From NCBI GenBank assembly GCA_963812015.1, contig CAWETI010000003.1, positions 192,001 to 256,000 of the forward strand: a DNA stretch of 64,000 bases. The letters are read 5' to 3'. The position numbers were made by a program, and so were the translations under genes. This document shows positions 58,490 through 64,000 of the stretch, in pieces. Every line of letters starts with the position of its first letter. Position 1 is the first letter of the stretch. The notes beneath the pieces are model-generated. The model ran no database searches. It saw only the letters and a program-made list of their open reading frames with translations, and was not told the origin of the DNA. This DNA is from an uncultured delta proteobacterium. Its GTDB lineage: Bacteria; Desulfobacterota; Desulfobaccia; Desulfobaccales; 0-14-0-80-60-11.

Positions 58490-60108
58490 CAGTGCCAGCC
58501 CTCCGCGGACAGGACGGTGTCCTGGTGAAAATCTTCATCGTCCGTCTGGGGATAATCCAGGGTATAGTGCAGGCCCCGGCTCTCTTTGCGCCTCAGGGCC
58601 ATGCGGATGATCAGGTCGGCCACGTAGGCGATATTGCGCAACTCCAGGAGGTCGCTGGTGAGGAGAAATTCCCAGTAATAATCATTAATCTCTTTCAAGA
58701 CCAGGCCGATGCGGGCCTGGGCCCGGAGCAGGCGGCTGTCGCTGCGGACAATGCCCACGTAGTTCCACATGAAGCGCCGGATCTCCTCCCAACTGTGGGA
58801 GACCACCACCCCTTCCTCGCTGTCCTTGGCCCCGTAAGTATCCCAGGCCGCCACCGGAATGGCCGGCATGGCCAGCAGCCCCGGCAGGGTCTCCCGGGCT
58901 ACCTGGGCCGCCTGGTGGGAGAAGACCAGGGCCTCCAGCAGGGAGTTGCTGGCCAGGCGGTTGGCCCCGTGCAGCCCGGTCATGGAGACCTCCCCCACCG
59001 CGCAGAGGTTGGAGATGGTGGTGCGGCCCCAGGCGTCCGTCACCACCCCGCCGCACATATAATGGGCCGCGGGCACCACCGGGATGGGCTCTTTGGTCAT
59101 GTCGATGCCGAATTCCAGGCATTGGTGGTAGATGTTGGGGAAGCGGCTCCGGACAAAATCCGCCGGCTTGTGGCTGATATTGAGATAGACGCAGTCGGCG
59201 CCGCTCTTTTTCAGCTCCGTGTCGATGGCCCGGGCCACCGTGTCCCGGGGCGCCAGGTCTTTCAGGGGATGATACTTCTCCATGAAGGGCTGTCCGGCCT
59301 GGTCCATGAGGACGGCCCCCTCGCCCCGGAGGGCCTCGGAGATCAGGAAGTTCTTCGCCGCCGGATGGTACAGGCAGGTGGGGTGGAACTGCACGAACTC
59401 CATGTTGCCGATCCGGGCCCCGGCCCGGTAGGCCATGGCCACCCCGTCGCCGGTGGCGATGTCGGGATTGCTGGTATAAAGATAGACCTTGCCGACCCCG
59501 CCGGTGGCTAAGAGGGTGAGGCGGGCCAGGAAGGTATCCACCTGGCCGGTCTCCTTGTTGAGCACATAGACCCCCAGACAGGTCCTTTCCGACTCGGTCA
59601 CCATCCGCCCCTGGCGCACCACCCGCTCCAGGGTGATGAGGTTGACCCCCATGTGGTTTTCGAAGACCCGGATGTTGGGGTGGCTCAGGACTTTTTCCGC
59701 CAGGATGCGCTCCACTTCGGCGCCGGTCATGTCCTGGGCGTGGATCACCCGGCGGTGAGAATGGCCGCCTTCCCGGCCCAGGTCATAGCCGTTGTCCTTG
59801 CCCAGATCGAAATGGGCCCCCATCTCCACCAGCTCCCGGATGCGCGCCGGCCCCTGGCGCACCACCAACTCCACGATGTCCGGATGGGACAGGCCTTCCC
59901 CCACCGTCAGGGTGTCTTGGATGTGGTATTCAAACCGGTCATCAGGACCGAGCACCGCGGCAATGCCCCCCTGGGCCTTGCTGGTGGAGGTCTCGGTCAA
60001 CCCCCTTTTGGTCACCAGATTGACCCGGGCGAAATCCGCCACCTTCAGGGCGTAACCCAATCCCGCCAGCCCTGAGCCGATTACCAGAATATCCGAGGTG
60101 TGTTCCAA
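58489..60108 (-). CDS. nadB: L-aspartate oxidase
   Basis: GSGLAG, AQGGIA, REGGHSHRRV, QFHPT, SEALRGEG, HYMCGG, GLHGANRLASNSLLE, ESRGLH. Confidence 0.97.
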   Translation of the reverse strand: MEHTSDILVIGSGLAGLGYALKVADFARVNLVTKRGLTETSTSKAQGGIAAVLGPDDRFEYHIQDTLTVGEGLSHPDIVELVVRQGPARIRELVEMGAHFDLGKDNGYDLGREGGHSHRRVIHAQDMTGAEVERILAEKVLSHPNIRVFENHMGVNLITLERVVRQGRMVTESERTCLGVYVLNKETGQVDTFLARLTLLATGGVGKVYLYTSNPDIATGDGVAMAYRAGARIGNMEFVQFHPTCLYHPAAKNFLISEALRGEGAVLMDQAGQPFMEKYHPLKDLAPRDTVARAIDTELKKSGADCVYLNISHKPADFVRSRFPNIYHQCLEFGIDMTKEPIPVVPAAHYMCGGVVTDAWGRTTISNLCAVGEVSMTGLHGANRLASNSLLEALVFSHQAAQVARETLPGLLAMPAIPVAAWDTYGAKDSEEGVVVSHSWEEIRRFMWNYVGIVRSDSRLLRAQARIGLVLKEINDYYWEFLLTSDLLELRNIAYVADLIIRMALRRKESRGLHYTLDYPQTDDEDFHQDTVLSAEGWH

Positions 60109-60180
60109 GTTAGTTCCTTTATGAAAAGCGGTCAGCTTTCAGCGCTCAGCTTACAGCTTTCTTTTGGTTAATGTCGGGTA

Positions 60181-60237
60181 CATCTCGTTCCCAAGTTGCA
60201 CTTGGGAACGTAGTTACGGCCCAAGCTGGGCTTGGGC
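60181..60237. repeat. CTCGTTCCCAAG-type REP-like palindrome, left copy plus degenerate neighbour
   Basis: CGTTCCCAAG-TTGCA-CTTGGGAACG followed by GCCCAAG-CTGGG-CTTGGGC. Confidence 0.75.
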
Positions 60238-60274
60238 ACCAGAATAAAATTTCATCGAGGAGTTCTGCGTTCGG

Positions 60275-60913
60275 TCATTGGGTGTCTTCGGTAAGATCGC
60301 CAGCTTTAAGGATTTTTTTGCTCATAAAATCGTAAATACCAAAACAGCCATTGATATTTCGTGAAGTAACCCTCCAAAATCGGAATGGATAATCGTACTT
60401 TCCTGGCGACTCCTCTATAAAAAAAGGCTCCCATTTACCATCTCTAATTTCCATTGGCATAATTATTGTATCTGACTTGCATTCTTTTAATCTACCATTA
60501 TCTATTTCGTTCATTACATCAATCATAATTAATGATATATTCTTGAGGATGTTGTCGTCTACGTATCGTATCTCGATGTCTACATCATCGTAGCTTATTA
60601 TTATGCCGGCGATAGTTGGCCTAAAAGAATGCGAAGGCCTTTTCATAAATGAGAGTATCTTTGCACCAAGTTTATTAAAAAATTTGACAGCTAAATGTCC
60701 AATAATGCCTTTTACTGCCGCAAGTCCAATAAACCCGATTGATATCCAAAGTTCAGCGCCTATACCGGCCGCGGGACCGATATGTCCGCGTATTCGTGTA
60801 TAACCGAGTTCCTGTAGCTCTGCCTTGAATTGTTGAATGTCATTATCAGGAATGTCTCCTGCATTGTAGTTCACTGTAATGGTTGTGATACTCTCTGTTG
60901 ATAAAGTTGACAT
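60275..60913 (-). CDS. AT-rich orphan hypothetical protein
   Basis: About 212-aa open frame with markedly lower GC than flanks; one hydrophobic Gly/Ala segment; start uncertain. Confidence 0.6.
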   Translation of the reverse strand: MSTLSTESITTITVNYNAGDIPDNDIQQFKAELQELGYTRIRGHIGPAAGIGAELWISIGFIGLAAVKGIIGHLAVKFFNKLGAKILSFMKRPSHSFRPTIAGIIISYDDVDIEIRYVDDNILKNISLIMIDVMNEIDNGRLKECKSDTIIMPMEIRDGKWEPFFIEESPGKYDYPFRFWRVTSRNINGCFGIYDFMSKKILKAGDLTEDTQ

Positions 60914-60928
60914 AATCGATACCCTTCG

Positions 60929-60960
60929 CATCTCGTTCCCAAGTGCAACTTGGGAACGAG
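60929..60960. repeat. CTCGTTCCCAAG-type REP-like palindrome, right copy (inverted relative to left)
   Basis: CTCGTTCCCAAG-TGCAA-CTTGGGAACGAG; loop is the reverse complement of the left copy's loop. Confidence 0.75.
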
Positions 60961-61028
60961 GAAAGAGTAGAACTAGTAATAAAAAAGCTTTTAGCTGACC
61001 GCTGAAAGCTGACTGCTGATAGCTAAAA

Positions 61029-61874
61029 TTACCATCTCAGCAATTTTGCCAGGTTTTTCCCCAAAATCATCTCCCGCCAGTCTTCCGGCAGGTCGGCTGC
61101 CTCCAGCTCTTTCAGGTAGCGGCTGACGGGCAGCAGGGGGTAGTCGCTGCCGAAGATGATCTTCTCCGGGCCCACCATCTCCGCCGCCAGGCGGTAAATC
61201 TCCGGCCGGTAGAGGTAAGGGGAGGCGGCGGTATCGAAGTAGACCCGGCGCAGGACCTCGGGGCCTTCCTTTTTCATCAGGCCGTAAAAGGGCAGGCCGC
61301 CGCCCCAGTGGGCCAAAATCCAGTCGACTTCGGGAAAGGCCTTGATGGCCGAATATAAGGCTGGCAGGGACAGGGCGGCTTTCCCCGGGTAGGTGGGTCC
61401 CACCGGGTCGTTGGTGTGGAGCAAGAGGGGCGCCCGGTAATGCTGGCAAAGCTCAGCGATGGGCGCCAGCACCGCAGTCAGGTCCTCTCCCAGGTCGGTT
61501 TCATACCAGGCCAACTCGCCCACGCCCCGAAACCCCGAGGCCAGGCAGCGTTCTACTTCACGGCGGGCGCCGGGTTCCAGGATGTGCACCGCACAAAACC
61601 CCATGAGGGTTCGGGGAAAGCGGCGCATGGCCTCCAAAATCACTTCGTGCTGACGGCGCCAGAGGCCTTCCCGCCGCCAGGGAAAGCCCATGACCACCGC
61701 GGCCTCAACCCCGGCCTCGGCCATGGTCGCCACCATCTCCTCCGGCCCCACCAGCTTGGATTTGGGCGAATCGTACAGCAGGCGAAAGGCCGGCTCATCG
61801 GCAAAGTAATCCTCACGGTGGCGGCAGACTTCCTCCGGGAAGACATGGGTGTGACCATCCAGAATCATACTCAT
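61029..61874 (-). CDS. Amidohydrolase_2 family metal-dependent hydrolase
   Basis: DGHTH, GVGEL, LLH, LAHWGGG, YFDTAA, FGSDYP. Confidence 0.9.
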   Translation of the reverse strand: MSMILDGHTHVFPEEVCRHREDYFADEPAFRLLYDSPKSKLVGPEEMVATMAEAGVEAAVVMGFPWRREGLWRRQHEVILEAMRRFPRTLMGFCAVHILEPGARREVERCLASGFRGVGELAWYETDLGEDLTAVLAPIAELCQHYRAPLLLHTNDPVGPTYPGKAALSLPALYSAIKAFPEVDWILAHWGGGLPFYGLMKKEGPEVLRRVYFDTAASPYLYRPEIYRLAAEMVGPEKIIFGSDYPLLPVSRYLKELEAADLPEDWREMILGKNLAKLLRW

Positions 61875-62024
61875 ACTATGGCGCTAAACGTCTTGAGGCG
61901 CAAGCCCTTTCTGGGATGGATAACCATCGGGAAAAGCTGATTTTTTCCCATGGCCGGCGGCCGGCGGCCGCAAATCGGCCCTTTTCCCTTGGTTTGCCCC
62001 CCTTTTTTGGATAAAATATCCATA

Positions 62025-62933
62025 ATGTCAACGATCTGGAGAGTTCTCGCCTTTTTCCTGCTGGGGTGGCTGGCCATCCCCGGAACCCCCACCTGGGCGG
62101 CCGGGCCGTTTACCTACCGCTTGCCCCAGGGCTCGGGGGTGGACCCGGCCGCGGTCACCGTGGTCGGCGAACCTCAGACCCACCACATCGTGCGCTATGA
62201 GAATCTCTATAAGATCGCCCGGGATTACGACCTGGGGTTCTGGGAGCTGGCCAATTTTCACCGCTCCCTGGATCACTTCTATCTGCCCTGGGAAACCGAT
62301 ATCGTCATTCCCACCCAATGGATCATCCCCCAAGTCGCCAATCCTCCCGGTTACCTGATCAATGTGGCCGAGCTCCGGGGCTACCGGTTTTTCCCGGATA
62401 AGCACGAAGTCTGGACCTATCCCATCGGCATCGGGGTCTTCGAATACAAAACTCCCATCGGCAAGCATTTCCGGGTGCAGAACAAAGCGGTCGATCCCGG
62501 CTGGCGTATCCCCCCGGGCCTCCAGGCCAAATACGGCATGGCCTATATGCCGCCGGGGGAAGACTGTCCCGTGGGCAACCGCTGGATGGGCTTGTCCCAC
62601 TACGGCCTCCACGGCACCCACGCCCCCATGGGGGTGGGCCGCCTGGTCAGCCACGGCTGTATCCGCCACTACCCCGAGGACATTATCAAGCTCTTTGACA
62701 TGACCCCGGTGGGCACCTCGGTGGAGATGATTTATGAGCCGGTGAAATTCGGTTTTCTCCAGGGGCGCGCCTATGTGGAGGTGCATCAGGACATCTACTC
62801 CCGGATCCCGGATATGCTCCAATACGCCATAAAGCGCCTCCAGGACACCAACCTGGCCGGCCGGATCAACTGGGACCGCTTCATTATGGCCGTGGAAGAA
62901 AAAACTGGGGCTCCGGTCGATATTAGCCGATAA
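62025..62933 (+). CDS. L,D-transpeptidase, third paralog
   Basis: YPIGIG, YGLHGT, VSHGCIRH; same architecture as the pair at 17090-19046. Confidence 0.9.
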   Translation: MSTIWRVLAFFLLGWLAIPGTPTWAAGPFTYRLPQGSGVDPAAVTVVGEPQTHHIVRYENLYKIARDYDLGFWELANFHRSLDHFYLPWETDIVIPTQWIIPQVANPPGYLINVAELRGYRFFPDKHEVWTYPIGIGVFEYKTPIGKHFRVQNKAVDPGWRIPPGLQAKYGMAYMPPGEDCPVGNRWMGLSHYGLHGTHAPMGVGRLVSHGCIRHYPEDIIKLFDMTPVGTSVEMIYEPVKFGFLQGRAYVEVHQDIYSRIPDMLQYAIKRLQDTNLAGRINWDRFIMAVEEKTGAPVDISR

Positions 62934-63207
62934 ATCTTACACCTCCTCAATCCCGTCGGGATTATCCCTGCCAGGAGAGAACCAGAGTGGGGCGAGGGGT
63001 CGTCTCTGTGCCTGACTTCCCCTTAACCGGCTGGTATTTCCTTCCGGCGCAACATCCTTGATTCCGGTTCCGACGTGTTATAGGGAAAGGTATCCGCATG
63101 CCGCCTCCAGCGCCCGGCAGGTTATGCCATAATTTTGGCTTCCCGGCCTCGCCAGGTGTCCTGGCAGGAAAAATAAGGTTGATTTGACCCGCAACCGGGA
63201 TAGTCGC

Positions 63208-64000
63208 ATGGAACCGGACAACGTGAAGCATCGCCTCCTGAGTCTCAAGGCCGCTACGTTTCTTTTAATAGTGATCTTTTGTCTCTGGCGCTTGAGCGCT
63301 ACCACGGCGGACCCGGATCTGTGGGGCTACCTGGCCTTTGGCCGGCTGTTCTGGGGTCAAGAACAATTTCCCTATCTCGATGTCTTTGCTTATGTTCCCA
63401 CCCTGAAGCCCTGGGTCTATCATGAATGGCTCACCGGGGTGGTATTTTACCCAATTTACTGGACCCTGGGGGCCCCCGGCCTCCAGGTGCTCAAGTATGC
63501 TTTTGGCCTGGCTACCGGGGGCGCGATCTACCTCACCGCCCGCCGGCGCGGCGCCGATTTTCTGACCACGGCCCTTATATTATGTGTTTGCCTCGTGGGC
63601 ATGTCGTTTGGTTACAGCCCGGTCCGGGCCCAGGTGTTCACTACTTCTTTTTTGCCCTTTTCCTCTACCTCCTGGAGGACGCCAGGCTGTCGGGGGACTG
63701 GGGTAAGCTATGGCTCCTGGTGCCGATCCAGATCGTCTGGTGTAACCTGCACGGCGGTTTTCTCGCCGGCTTGGGGTTGGCGCTGTTATACGCCGTGGGG
63801 GAAGCCCTGTCTCGCCGGCCTTTCTGGCCCTACCTTTTGTGGTTCCTATTGTCCGGCCTGGCCACGGTGATCAACCCCTATGGCCTGAAATACTGGAGTT
63901 ACCTGGCCCAGGCGGTGACGATGCCGCGTCCTGAAATCACTGAATGGGTTTCGGCATTTGAAGCGTATAAACATGGCTTTTTGGCCGGTCAAGAATTTGG
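63208..64000 (+). CDS. Polytopic membrane protein (GT-C-like; D.DLW..L..GR, HEWL, WxNLHGGF), frameshifted at ~63640 and truncated by the window end
   Basis: After VRAQVFT a one-base shift gives YFFFALFLYLLE...IVWCNLHGGFLAGLG...INPYG, open to the end of the window. Confidence 0.7.

Noticed and set aside
63630..63665. Frameshift in the terminal membrane-protein gene as programmed recoding
   Set aside because: No slippery site plus stimulator is evident; it is one of three single-base indels in the window and is consistent with assembly error.

Overview
GC-rich bacterial chromosomal window. Gene content (mnmG, gatB, polA, hrcA-grpE-dnaK, sirC-ccsA-hemA, His-type Thi4, DUF2333) suggests an anaerobic Desulfobacterota/deltaproteobacterium; this is inferred, not tested. 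Most of it is housekeeping and envelope genes. The main result is hidden by the ORF track: a minus-strand ArsR-led operon (45190-48092) of three consecutive selenoproteins. They carry four in-frame TGA codons (LULAEC; FYUAGLAU in a rhodanese-DsbD-thioredoxin fusion; NEPNGKPU), each followed by a SECIS-like hairpin, and there is a palindromic operator upstream. Other notable loci: an OprI/Lpp-like lipoprotein pair facing two L,D-transpeptidases; a TPR/beta-barrel + 2xFecR + CHASE2 adenylate cyclase cluster; a two-gene GT2 synthase + TPR/porin polysaccharide module; a block of duplicated small exported proteins after tRNA-Met with a decayed tRNA-like copy; and several REP-like repeat families, one pair bracketing an AT-rich orphan gene. 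Three single-base indels (about 7480, 10941 and 63640) suggest the assembly carries sequencing errors. All calls come from reading motifs by eye; no searches were run.
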